Source: Camelus ferus (lineage: Eukaryota). Taken from it: DNA of 64,000 nt. The stretch spans positions 80,850,001-80,914,000 of the forward strand of contig NC_045697.1 in assembly GCF_009834535.1 (NCBI RefSeq), written 5' to 3'. Positions 26,339 through 38,608 of this stretch are shown here, in pieces. Below the pieces are notes generated by a model. The model was not told the origin of the DNA and did no database searches. It saw nothing but the letters and a program-made list of their open reading frames with translations. Numbering within the stretch: position 1 is the first letter of the stretch; every line of letters begins with the position of its first letter. Made by a program: the position numbers and the translations under genes.

Positions 26339-26504
26339 TTCTGTAAAATGTCCCTCTGGCCTTCAACAAACTTATAGCATTGTGGGAGAAAATTAAGAGC
26401 TTTATGTGAAAAACTACAATAAGATGTATGCAATGTTTTTGTCAACAGTACAAGCAAATTAATTTATTATTATGTCCACCTAAAACCAATAATCCCTGGA
26501 TGAT

Positions 26505-26722
26505 GATAATAATGACAAACAATAATTTAGTACTTACTCTATGCCAAGAACTAAGTGTGTCACATACAACTCTTATGCTCAAAAGAACTCTACGATATGT
26601 ACAAATTTTGCAGAAGAGGGAACTGAGGTCCATGGGGGATAAGTACTTGGCCAAGTCACATGGCTAGTAAGTAGACAAGCCAGAATTTTAACATTCTGAC
26701 TCCAAAGTCAATGTGCTTAATT
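26505..26722 (-). mobile_element. MIR SINE
   Basis: TTTTGCAGAAGAGGGAACTGAGG...ACTTGGCCAAGTCACATGGCTAGTAAGT...TCTGACTCCAAAGTC. Confidence 0.85.
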
Positions 26723-26867
26723 AATGAGATGGTTTGCCTTCAAAAATATTTACCCATACAAACCAAATAGAAAATACAATCCAAAAATCCTACTCTACTA
26801 ACGAAAGAATTTGAATTTAAATGTTGTCTTCAAAAATGGCTTGTAAACTTAATCATAAGAATTGTAC

Positions 26868-27382
26868 AGGTATCCATTAAGGTTGATTTCAGTTGGCAGT
26901 AATAGAAATTCTACCCAAAGTGTGGCTTAAACCAATAATAGGATGATTGTTTAATAAAACAAAGTCCAGAGGACAACAGACAAGAGCTTAAATGGGGGCT
27001 TAAAGATGCCAGCAGGAACCCAGGCTCTTTGTGTTTTTCTTTTTAATCTTAGTTTCTGGTAGTGATCCTTGTGGTCTGAAGGTGACTCCTGCATCTCAAA
27101 CCATGCTTCCTGTGTTCTGCACACGCAAAGGGAGAACAGCAGAGGCAAACAAGGAACTAGGCCAAGAGAACTGGTTCAGTCAACAGCTTTCCCTGTGGCT
27201 CCATAGTATGAATTCTGCTCTTGTCTCTGCCCAGAAATCTGTCACAAAGACACTTCTAGCTGCAAGGGAAGCAAGGAAGTACTTTTTTGTTTTGTTTTTT
27301 CCACTAGGTGCATTGCTTCCCTACTCAAGTAGGGAAGAAGGAAAGGAAGTTCGGGGAAGGGAACTAATAATAGCTCTGCACA
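26868..27382 (-). mobile_element. Old MaLR LTR (MLT1K/L-like)
   Basis: GCAGTAATAGAAA...TGGCTTAAAC, AGGAACCCAGGCTCTTT and CTAGCTGCAAGGGAAGC blocks. Confidence 0.7.
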
Positions 27383-27553
27383 GTGATTCTGTATTCAGTG
27401 ACCTTACGCTGTATTCTTAAGTTTTGCCAACTATTTCTGAGAGAGTGCAGTTATCTTTACCAGTTGATTGCTTTCTGTTTTTAATTGTGATCCATAGTAA
27501 TACATTTTACTTTGCAATAGTTTGTATTTTACTTTTAAAGAATGATACCGTGA

Positions 27554-27656
27554 ATATGAAAAGGAATATATGTATATATATGTATGACTGAAACATGATG
27601 CTGTACACCAGAAAGTGACACATTATCAACTGACTATACTTCAAGAGAAAAAAAAA
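27554..27656 (+). mobile_element. Extremely 5'-truncated camelid-type L1 tail
   Basis: Same family as the 13162 copy; poly(A); TSD AAAGAATGATACCGTGA (27537-27553) / AAAGAATGATGCCCTGA (27657-27673). Confidence 0.9.
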
Positions 27657-28909
27657 AAAGAATGATGCCCTGATTTAATTAATTGAAAGGAAATGAGTAA
27701 AGAGAAAATTTAGGTCTTAAACACTCTTCACCTGAGTGTGCTTGGATTATCCTGTTGGCAGCTAAAAACGAGGGCGGCTAAAAAGAAAAATCTGTTGCAT
27801 TTGGCAGATTAACACTTACCTGAACATTTGGTCTGAAACTTTTGCAGAGAAGAAGCAGTCATAATCGTTAGAGCCACACAGGAGTTAGTTTATCAGTCGC
27901 TAATTCCCACCTATCTACAATTAAATCACTTTTTCTGAGATGATGCTTCTGGCCTACCTGCTTTTAATATTTTAACAATTGGTTTTTCTTCATCTTTATA
28001 GCTCCCTGCCCAACACCAGAGTTCATGCGGTGATGAAATTCACTTCAGTGTCATGGAATTATCTGTCTCAGAACTCCATTTTCAGGAAGTTTGTACTGAC
28101 ATAGTAGAAGGACTTGTAGGTGGTAGATTAAAGAAGCTAGTTCTTAAAGTAGGTGTAGATATTTGTTGCAGGTACAATATTTAAGTGAGACTTCCATTTT
28201 TTCTTAAATTTTGAACCTTATTAGAGAGAGCAAGGTATTTAAAATGTTATTTAATTCAGCTATGAACTATCATGTGATTAGCTAATAATATGTATCAAAT
28301 AATTATTGACAGGTGCTGATCTAATTTGGAAATGCTTTTTTTCTATTAAAAAAGTTTACACATTATTATAGAATGATAGAGTAGAAGTAGAAAGTAAACA
28401 TTTTTTGTCATTTGGGTTGTGTCAGTATACTTATTTAACTTTAGCTAATTGTTCCTTTCCCCAAGGTCAACCCTAACAGACTATAAAGACATGCAAGTAA
28501 TGTATGAACAATAAAGAAGTAAACAGTGAGTAATTGATGAGGAGAAGAGGGTACTACTTAGAATGGTATGTGTGTGCAGGGGGTGGTCATATCTATGGAC
28601 CGGAGAAAGAGGAGGCTTGCAGCTGGTAATGTTAGGATAATTGAGGAAAAATAGTCTGAGTTCTGCATTTGAATTTTTATCCACCATGCTCCCCACTCCC
28701 ACCATCCTCATGTTGCCTTGGGCAATGAGAATGTCTACCCTTCACCTCAGGAGTTAGTGGCAGAGGTTCAGTCATCTGGTACAAGAATCCTTAGGGGTTA
28801 AATCTGACCAGTGACGCATACCCAGTTGGGGTAGGAGCTGAAGACCGTGGGTACTGATGAGGCCCGAGCTAACTGTTCCACCTCCTCCACCCAACTCTCT
28901 TCCCCCAAA

Positions 28910-29130
28910 GGGAATCCCAAGTCCCTTCCAGTCACTGCAATGATCATAAAATCCAGGATATCTAGATGATAAACAGTTCTCTCCTCAGATCCATCTGTGG
29001 CTCTTCTTAGTCCTGAAGGTCTGAACTAAAGTGACAGATTATCTACTGCCACCAAAACACACACCTAATATGTGGTGAAGAAGAATGGGCAGGAAGTCAC
29101 AATAAAATTCTTATTTGGCAAATGGGGAAC
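28910..29130 (-). mobile_element. MaLR internal (MLT1-int) fragment
   Basis: CCAGTCACTGCA...TCCAGGATATCT...TGTGGCTCTTCTTAGTCC...GAACTAAAG...TTATCT resembles MLT1-int sequence. Confidence 0.55.
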
Positions 29131-29149
29131 ATGTAAAACAAATCATTCT

Positions 29150-29900
29150 GAAAAAGCAGATAAGGTTATGTTGATATCAAACAAAACACTCTGGGACGAA
29201 AAGAACCATGAGGGATAAAGACAGTTACTACATTAAGAGAAAATGATCACCTCACCAATATGATATGACATCTCTAAATAGATATGCATCTAATAAAAAT
29301 AGTCTTAAAATATATAAGCATTAATGGATTAAACTAGAGGAAGTAATTGCAAATCTACTTTCATACTAGACGATTTCAGAAACCTCTCAGTTATTGATAA
29401 GCTAAACAGATAACACATTGACAAGGATATAGAAAGTCTCAACAAAACGACACAAGTTTGACCTAGTGGGCATGTATCAAAATCTATATCTAGCAATGAG
29501 AATACATACATTTCTCACCCCACACATGGAAATTTTTTTTTAAAACCCATATACTAAGACATAAAATAAGCTTCAACAAATTTTAATAAATATGTAACAT
29601 GCAGATTACTTTCTCTGACTGCAAAGGGAATTAAGGTAGAATTTAATGACCAGATAAACTTAAAATCCCTGTATATTTGTAGTAGAAACATGCTTGTAAA
29701 TAATACATAGATTAAATATGAAATCATCCTAGAAACTAGAAAATAGCTAAAATTGAACAATAAAACACATCACAACAAAATTGGGTGCAACAAAAGTAGT
29801 ACACTGAAGAAAATTTATTGGTTTAAATTAAAGGAGAAAAAGGAGAAAAGAATCTAAAAAATTATAAAAAGAAAACTATAATAGAACCAAAAAAAAAGTA
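29150..29900 (+). mobile_element. Ancient L1 ORF2 endonuclease-region remnant
   Basis: GAGGGATAAAGA, TATGCATCTAATAA, CCTCTCAGTTATTGATA, CAAGGATATAGAA and TTCTCTGAC...GGAATTAA occur in L1 EN order. Confidence 0.8.
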
Positions 29901-30442
29901 GGTGAGCCAGATAATACTTATTCTAATATATCTCTGCGTTGTTTAGTTACTAGACTATTGGAGTGTGAGAAAGCCAGGCAGTGCCTTTTGAGAGGCATTA
30001 AAGTATAGCTAATTAACTTCAACAAGTTATGGTTGAATCATTAACCTCGTGAACTTCAAGGTCAGCAGTCCTCACAGAATCTCAAGAGAAAAACCCTAAA
30101 GGGAAAGATTTTGTTTGCTTTGTTGTTGTGTGGAAATAAACCACTACAAAAACTTAAGAGGGAAAGGATTTTTCTATCAGATTTTTCTTGGACAGCCAAA
30201 TAAAAGCATATAAAATTCAACTAATGTTGAAGTTAAAAAAAAAAAATCCCTGTATTGTGTGACTGTTTTCTGTGTTAATTCTCTCACTTTATCTTCTGAA
30301 GTGCTGAGAAAGCAAAGAAAGTATGGACAAACCAGATAACTTTTACTATTCCCTCAGATCCACTCACTGAAAGTTAAATGGAAATACTCATATTGTTTTG
30401 AATTGTCACCTATAGTGATCAAGGATTCAAGAGACAGTGGGC

Positions 30443-30571
30443 AACTTATGGTTAAAAAGAATATGAAAACAAATATATGCATGTTCATGTATGACTGAAG
30501 CATTATGCTGTACACAGAAATTGACACAATATTGTAAACTGACTATACTTCAATTAAAATATATTTTAAAA
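30443..30571 (+). mobile_element. Extremely 5'-truncated camelid-type L1 tail
   Basis: Matches the reverse complement of the 3' end of the L1 at 54753; TSD AAGAGACAGTGGG (30429-30441) / AAGAGATAGTGGG (30572-30584). Confidence 0.9.
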
Positions 30572-31489
30572 AAGAGATAGTGGGAACAGCAAGGGCATGG
30601 GCCACTCTCAAATAGACTTAATGTCTGATCCAAGCCCTGCTGTTTCCCAGATAAGAAACTTTATGCATGTCATATAATCTTTCTTAGGCTTATATAGTCC
30701 TTCTTTTATAGGCTCTCTATAAAGTGAGTAAGTGTGTAACGTGAATCATAGCATTCTTGTGAAGGTTAAGCTAATCAATGTTTATTAAATCTCTGTGTTG
30801 CAGACAGGATAGCATGTAATAATATACTGAATATTATTGACACGTGTTGGGTGTTTGAAGGAGTTATGGAATGATTATGCTATTTTAATCATGCATGCCT
30901 GCCAATTTAAGGAAAGAATGTAAAGCCATGTTTCTAAAGGAGACAAAGTTCTAAATTTTTCCAGTTATTGTTTGTCAATCCATTAAAATAATGACTACAA
31001 ACTAATTAGATTGTTATAGCAATAGTCTAATAAAAACCCAGATAACACATATAACTTAAAATATAAAATCCCAACCCCATTTTTGTGTTTAATTAGCATC
31101 AAATGGTTGATTGTTTCATGACACATAAAACATTCTGTAAGTTTGCCTAAATTATTTTAGCACCTGAATACACTTAATTAGGAACTCTGTTATTATTAGA
31201 ATGCCTAGCAGAGAAAGTGGTACCTAGTAATTGGTTAATTAGGGTTAATTTTCATTTGCTATAACCATTCAAGAGTAAGCCCTTCCCATGTCGATACTCT
31301 AGTCAGCTGGTTGATTTCTCTGTAGATACACTTCCCTCCTCCTTAACATCCCTCTCAGATTATTTTTCTAAATTTTACTTTCATTATTTATTCTCCCGCT
31401 TCAGTTCCTGGAATAATTTACTGATATTTCCTGCCTAAACTTTAGAATTCAGGTCTTTGTCTTTTGGAGCTTCAGCTTAGTTCCTGGAA

Positions 31490-31686
31490 ATAGTAAATGA
31501 TTCAGAGCCAAGAAGAGCTGGGTTCCAAATCAGCCTTGGCTGCTCACTAGTGTGGGCATTGAGCATTCTTAACATTTATAAGCATACATTTGCGCACTTA
31601 TAAAATTGAGATAACAATGCATTTCTTACAGGCTATTGTGATGTTTTAATAATATAAGGTACTTGAGGCACAGTAGGTAGTCAAAT
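31490..31686 (+). mobile_element. MIR SINE
   Basis: AGAGCTGGGTTCCAAATC...CTCACTAGTGTG...TATAAAATTGAGATAACAATG...CAGGCTATTGTGA. Confidence 0.65.
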
Positions 31687-32665
31687 CCACCACATTCCCA
31701 CAAGCTGGCTCCACTTTATTCAGACCCGACATAAAATGGATTTGGATCCTCCCAAAACACCTTTATGTAATCACAGTTAGGTTATCATGTTGTACTACAA
31801 GAGTTTGTGCATCTCACTTACTGACCAAAAGTTACTCCAGAAAAGTAATTGCATTGTTTATTTCATTTTTTAAAAAAACCTTGTGCCTATTAAAAATAGT
31901 ATGTAAATATTTGCTAATTTAATGAATGAACAACTTTTGCATGCTAAAATCACCAAGAAGTTTTAATTTAACATTCTTTTTACTGAAATTAAAATACTAT
32001 ACAGCAATCAGTATCAAATGAATTAAATTTAGCTTAACTATTTCTTCAATAAATTCTCAGACCATTTTAAGCACAACTGCTGTCATTTTTATAGAAGATA
32101 AAGGAAAAAGAAGAGAGACACAATTATTTGCAAATTATTTATCTAGAACTGCCACACGTAGTGATAGCCTTTAATTTAGATATAATAAGGGGCTTCTGTG
32201 ATTTACTTTCAGTTTTCAAATATTAGTGAATTTGACCTGGCCCGTAATAAAGCAAAATTTTAATTTCAAAGTTCTTGTTAGGAGTTTTAAGGATGATATC
32301 GTTCTGTTTTTGACAAGGTACTTAGAATCTCCTTATTAGTAATGGAATGAATCAGGAAATCTCTTGGAGTGATCTAGAGACAGAGTGGACAATCAGACTC
32401 ATCTAGGTGATAGTGTAAATCTCTATCTTTATTTTGGTTAGGGAAAATCTCTAAAAAACAGTATCACTTGAGGAAGAATAGGTCTCTTCCTTTCTGAGTA
32501 TCATGGCTGTACCACCTCTAAAAAATTAATGTCAGTTCTTGGGAGATGTTGCTGTTTGTGTGTGTGTTTGCTTACACCACTGGAAACACCACAGATTCAT
32601 CAATTTGAATTGCCAGTACTACAGCTGGCCTTTTCTGCTACTTGGAGCACTAAAGATCATCCTAG

Positions 32666-33090
32666 TGAGAACTGGAACCAGCTATGTCACTGTGACTTGT
32701 TTTCTTGGGGGGAGGAACTTTCCCCTGGAAAGGATAAAACTAAGCTGATGAATAATTTTACTATTGGCTGTAAGAAATTCCTACAGATCCAATTTATCAG
32801 AGATAATACTCTGCTCACATGAGTAAGGAGATAGTTTATCAAATAACAGTTTACTCATCACTTCAGAACCCTCACTTCACTGCATCCAACAGCCGTAAAC
32901 TGTTGTATCACAAACATTGCCCAATCCTAACCATTTCCGTGCCTTGAAAGGCCTTCCTAGACATCAAACCTTCTAAATTTCCTCCTTCTGAGATACTGCT
33001 AAGACTCTACTTCCCTTGCTACCAGTTAGAATAAACTGAGTTTGTCTTTATTAACAAGAGTGTCTGATAATACTTTTCAGGAATCCAACA
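32666..33090 (+). mobile_element. ERV1 solo LTR, MER110-like
   Basis: TGAGAACTG...CCAACA termini; CTGAGATACTGCTAAGACTCT and AATAAACTGAG near the 3' end. Confidence 0.65.
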
Positions 33091-33821
33091 TCAGGGCATT
33101 TCTTGCCAAAGCCCCAGCCAATGCTGTTTTATTTTTATTTAATCCCATGTACTTCCCTAATAAAGAAATGGCCCCAGGTATATATAATTTGTATGGATAC
33201 TGGTAGTTATTTTCCCAAAGTGGTAGGAAAATTGATCCTCTGGGTATCTGATAAAGGAGGATCTCTTCTTGAGTCGTGGAGCAAGATGAGGAGCAGGTCT
33301 ATGAACTGGCTCATGTCCACAGTAGAGATACCATTCTGAGGTTAGCCTTTTCCCTGGACTCTGGCAACAGTCATATTTAGCATTCAGTGTTAAGTGGATT
33401 CTCCTCCTATACCCTATTACCCACCTACTCTCTCTAGTTGTGCCTGTAACCTCAGGACACAGCCACACACTGGTTTAGTAGTGTTGTGGGGAATTAAGGG
33501 GGCAGATAGTAGAGGGTAGTGTGGTCTCCCCTACGTGCTCTCCACTGAAGCCAAGGTAGCAGTAATGCCACTGCTCCAAGGGAGCTGGTCCACAAGTGCA
33601 GTGATCAGAGGCCCAGGGAGAGCTAATGATGTGAGAAGCAGCTGTAACACCAAGGATGGGCTTAGCAAAGGATGGGAAAGACTCCTTTCCCTTCCTCAGT
33701 ATGTAGGAACAGGATTTTCACCAAAGGCAGAAATAGAAATTTAGAATACAGTTACAAAGAGGTAATTAGAGCATTTTGTTTGAATTTTCTTATTCTTTTG
33801 GTCTGGGAAAGAATAAACCGG

Positions 33822-34315
33822 TGTGAATAAAAAATGCTGCCTGCCCCATCAGTAAGGATGTTGCAGCCATCAAGGCACTATAGCCACCCAGTATGATGAG
33901 CCAGAGGGAACTCAGGATGGAGACAAATGGGCCACCTGCTGCCAAGCCCTCAGCCACTGCTGCCACCCTCAGTGGTGCATTCTGATGGGTCTCAGGATGG
34001 GAAACTACAGCATACTAGCCCTAGAGGCCAAGGTGCACATCAAAAGAATGATTTCAGTGAGCCAAGACTCTTGCATCTTCTCATACCTAGAAATTCCTTA
34101 ACTTGAAATATCTGGTTTTCTTTAATTAATAGTAATCTTTTGATATTCTGACTACCTGGTCTTTGTTGCAAAAAATCCTGTATATCCTGGCTCCTCCTTT
34201 ACCTCTTTGGAGCAGAACTATCTGAGAGGCTGCTTCCTGGGCTTGAAGTTCTCAGAAAGTCCGCCAAATACAACATAACTCTCTCTTTTAGGGTGTGCGT
34301 TTTTTTCAGTCAACA
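33822..34315 (+). mobile_element. ERV1 solo LTR, MER41-like (cetartiodactyl type)
   Basis: TGTGAATAAAAAATGCTGCC ... TTCAGTCAACA termini; 4-bp TSD CCGG/CAGG; CTATCTGAGAGGCTGCTTCCTGGGCT block. Family name is from memory. Confidence 0.78.
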
Positions 34316-34709
34316 CAGGGAGTTACTGCAATCCCTGCTTTTAACCTCTGTCTCCTAGCAGGTCTGTAAATGCCTGGAGGAGGCAGAGCAGTCACTCTCA
34401 AGGCGAAGATAGGGGAAGGAGGCGGATGATCAGGGTGAGGATCTCAAAAGGCTCCTGGATCATTCTAGAGTTGTAACTACTAATGAGAATCCATTAATCA
34501 CCTCCTCAGCTGGGGGCATGTAGGCAGGTGCTATTTTGATCAAACAATTATTTTTCCTGACATGAGTGAAATACGTGGGAAACATCTAGGCAACAGAACT
34601 TATTTCTTTTCTTCATTTAAAAGCAAGATGATAAATTATCTCAGAAAATTGTTCTTACTTTCTCCTGAGGATATATATGTATATAAAAGTAATGTGTGAA
34701 ACGCAATAC

Positions 34710-35610
34710 TGTTAGCAGATGAAAGACTCCCCCTTAGAATGGGGATCCCACAAAAGGTGGATTCTTGCCTGCCGGCGGGAAAGAACTCACAATTGAGGCA
34801 GAGGAACAGAGCAAGAGCTGCTTCATTTGTCAAAAAAGGAAAGGGAAGAAAGGCACTTGAGCGGGGAGCTATCAGACTAAGACGGCAGATGGAGACAGCT
34901 CCAGCTGTGGCTCGAGCCACGTGGATTTTATGGGAGACTTCTGCCATCATGTCCTCCTTCCGGGTGTGCTGGAGCCAATCACTTTTTCTTTTCTGTCCTT
35001 GTATGGGCTTTTCCAGTTGTTATCATGGCAATCGTCAACTGTCACAGTGCTGGTGGGTGTGTCATTTAACATGCTAATACATTACAGTGAAGGCATAATG
35101 AGGCTCAAAGTCCAGTGGAAGTCAAATCCTCTGCCATCTTGGGCTCCTCTGGTTTTAACCAGTTCTTATTTCTTCTCTTTGCAGTTGCCTCCTGAGACTT
35201 GGATAAGGGTTATTGGTTTCTATCTAAGGGAGGGGCAAGGATATGATCCCAGGGGCAACAGGATCCAGCATCTCCCCCCAGCAAAAATATCTCCAAAGAT
35301 TCTGCTCAGCCAATAAACAAAGAGACATGGATGGGGGAGCCTTAATTCCTGGAGAAGAACTCAAAGACATAGTTATGTATATTCCTTGAGGAGGAGCCAG
35401 GACCCTATCCCAGGGCTGCACTATTGTTTCCTGAGTGCTCCTCCCTCGTTTCTGTGTTCCCTCCCTCCCTGATTAGCAACTTTTTGAATCTGCCCTTTGA
35501 AACTCAGGGAAGGCCAAGGAGGCTGCATGAAGCCTATTTCTTACAAAAGAGAGATGCGGGACAGAAATGATTTGTATCAGGGAGGTCCCCCAGAGTCCTG
35601 CTCCCTTTCA
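34710..35610 (-). mobile_element. ERV1 solo LTR, ~900 bp
   Basis: TG...CA termini with a perfect 4-bp TSD ATAC (34706-34709 / 35611-35614); shares an internal block with the LTR at 42355. Confidence 0.88.
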
Positions 35611-36023
35611 ATACTATAGAGTAGGTTGAATATTAATGCAACTCTGATTTTTTTAATCCATAAGTAAGTGAAGGTATAATAAATCTTTGCTTCCAAAATA
35701 GTTATGCATTGTGCAATAATCCTTGTTTCAGTAGTCATCTAAGGATTGATCTCCTACACAGTGCCTTTTATAACTGATTAATGTTGGAAATGCAGAAAAC
35801 CTCAGGAAATGTTATATCTCCCCTTATTTTTCAGTTACAAGGTTAAATAGACATTTTGCACAAGAAGGCTGCACGTGATACAGTGAGGAGAGTGGCAGGC
35901 AGTGAATGAAGGAATCAAAATTCCCGCCTTCTTTCAGCAATAGTCCCATGACTTTGGGAAAATCATTTAACGCTCTGTGAACAACAATTCACATTTTGTA
36001 ATACTCAGGGGTCTGATCTAGAT

Positions 36024-36344
36024 CAGGGATTGGCAAACTTTTTTCTACAAACAGTAATTATTATTTCAGGCTTTGCAGCCTACTCAGTGTCTGTCGGCAG
36101 TTTTTCAACTGTGCTGTCTTAGTGCAGAAGCAGCCAGACAAAATATGTGGATGGGCATGGCTGGATTCCACTAACACTTTATTTACAGACACTGAAATTT
36201 AAATGTCATACAGTTTTTTATGTCATGAACTATTTTGTTTTGATTTCTTTCCCAATCATTTAAAAACATAAAAAGTATTTGTCTCATGAGCTGTGCCAGC
36301 TACAGGTTGGATTTGACCAGCAAGCCCTAGTTTACTGAGCCCTG
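36024..36344 (+). mobile_element. hAT-Charlie MITE, MER58B-like
   Basis: TIRs CAGGGATTGGCAAACT ... AGTTTACTGAGCCCTG; 8-bp TSD ATCTAGAT/AACTAGAT. Confidence 0.9.
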
Positions 36345-38404
36345 AACTAGATCCCTCTTAAGGACAAAATTTTCCCTGACTTTCTTAGAGCTGAACTGGA
36401 AAAGGATCAGGCCACTCCTGAGATAGAGAATTAAAATGAGAATCAAGAAGCTTTTAGAGAAGTTGCAGAAGACAGTATGATAGAGTGATGTTTTTGGAAG
36501 GGTCCAAGAAGCAGCTAGCTGAGGAATGGGAAAACACAGAGAAAATGAGTCACTCAAAAAAGCAGACTTGCCTGACTGATCAGAATATGTAAGTAAAGTG
36601 TCTCTGGCTTGAATTGAAATAGGAGTAAAACCAGAAAAAAGGTAGAAATAGGCAGAGATGACAATAGACAGGACATTATGTTTCATTGCACACATATTTG
36701 CATGTGCTAGCAGTCATTAACACACAGAGCTACAGGGAAAATGTCGTGAGTGAATATGGGGAAGGTCAGATGCGCCCAATATATGCAAGAAAAGAGGAAC
36801 AAGGACATGAACACAGGATGAGTAAAAATAAAAACTGTTTAAAGTGAGTTTATGAGTTGCCTTATTGTGCTGCAATTTGACTTGCTTAAGAAATAAGTTA
36901 TGTGGCAATAAGATGTGTGGTAAGAGAGGTTGGCATATTGGATAATGATTTCTGTATATGAAAACAGAGGCAAGAAAAAATATTATTTATATGGGTAACA
37001 TCAAAGTAGACATTCATTTCATCTACATAACAGGAGTTGACTCCTGTTATCCCTGTCTGGGCAATATTCTAGGTTACGTTTTCAACAGAGTAGAATTTTT
37101 AATAAACTTACTAGAGTGTCTCTAATCTATGACTTGCCTTATTCATCCTACCAATGGTTTCAAGGACTTCAGCTTAATAGGCATAGATATGGATAGATAC
37201 TTATTTTTCTATCCAGTGAAAGTTTAATAAGGACATTACAAAGGGATGTCTTGCTTTGGCCACATATGAAGATAAACTATATCATAAAGGAGTGAAATAG
37301 TTCTTAACAAATTTAGCAAAACTGTATTCACGATAACGTTATTTGAGGATGAAGAAAATGTAGACACAATGGAAAGGGTTTCACAAATATATTTCATAAA
37401 TAAAAGCAATAAAGAGCCCTGGAGTGTGTATCTTGAAAGGAGTTGTTGAAAGCAATAAATAAGTAGGATTTAACCAAGTGCTGATTCAATGAAGAAATAG
37501 TAAAATCTTTGCAAGAGTCGTAAACGTTAATTCAACTCCCTCTTTACTCATCAAATATACTCAGATGTGTAATAAGAATTAATAAGATGGTATTACATTT
37601 TTACAACCTCACAGGGAAGAAATGTTGACAATAGGTTTGTCTTAATATAGGAATTCTTTTAATGGACTCTTAAAATTATCCATCAAGGAGAAGAGTCATC
37701 AACTAGACCATAACAGGTACTGTTTTAAATGGATTTATTTTCCCATTTTGGAACTCTGCTAATAAGATTTAGTGGTATGATATACCGGCTCTCTTTGGCC
37801 CTTATTCTTAGCCTTATCTAGATTTAAAATGTATGAGCACTCAGTTATGGGCATGTTTTTCCCAGAGCACACCTTGTTCTTTAGCATCTGCTGAGTGAAG
37901 ATGCACCTTTTAAGTTGTTGAGACATTAATAGTCTTGGACTCCTACTGCTATGTTAAGCTATGGTGTGTAATGAAATTATTAAATTCTCTGCCTGTGGCT
38001 TGTGTTACAATGTGACTGTCCCTAGACTTCTTGCTTCTCTATAGTGTAATGTTAGTTATGTCTGACTAACAGACAGAAACTTGTATTTCTTGAAATTTTT
38101 CCTCTTGCAGTCTATTAGGAATACCTCTTCCAGGTATTGAGCATTCCTGAGATATTTGATGAAAAATATTTCATATTGTGGGAGAATGATTTATAGCATT
38201 CCAGTCCTTATAACAACTATCAAATGTGAACAGATGTCAAGACTAGAAGCTCTTCATTTTACATGAAGTTGTTCTATGATTTTTCTGTAATATCTCTGTC
38301 ACATTAGGGTTATGCCACTCACATAAAACAAGCTGGAATTTGCTAACTCTACCTCTATTTTCTAAAAAAGTTTGCAGTAGACATTATTTCTGATCTATAG
38401 ATTT

Positions 38405-38608
38405 CAGCACTAAAACCATATGGGTGACTATTTTCTCTGTGAGAAGGTTTTGGTAATGGATTCCATTTTTTTAAAAGATGCAGAACTATTCAGATTTTCT
38501 ATTTCTTCTTTTGTAAGGTTTGGTAAGTTGTGTTTATCATGATACTTCTCCATTCCACCTAAATCATCATATTTATTGGCAAAGTTCATTATAATATTCT
38601 ATTATTCC
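38405..38608 (-). mobile_element. Ancient L1 ORF2 fragment (left half of the host element)
   Basis: CTATTCAGATTTTCTATTTCTTCT...TTTGGTAAGTTGTGTTT...ATTTATTGGCA. Confidence 0.75.

Noticed and set aside
34636..35421. Cluster of overlapping 65-131 aa ORFs as viral genes
   Set aside because: They lie almost wholly inside a solo LTR with higher GC; no gag, pol or env motifs.
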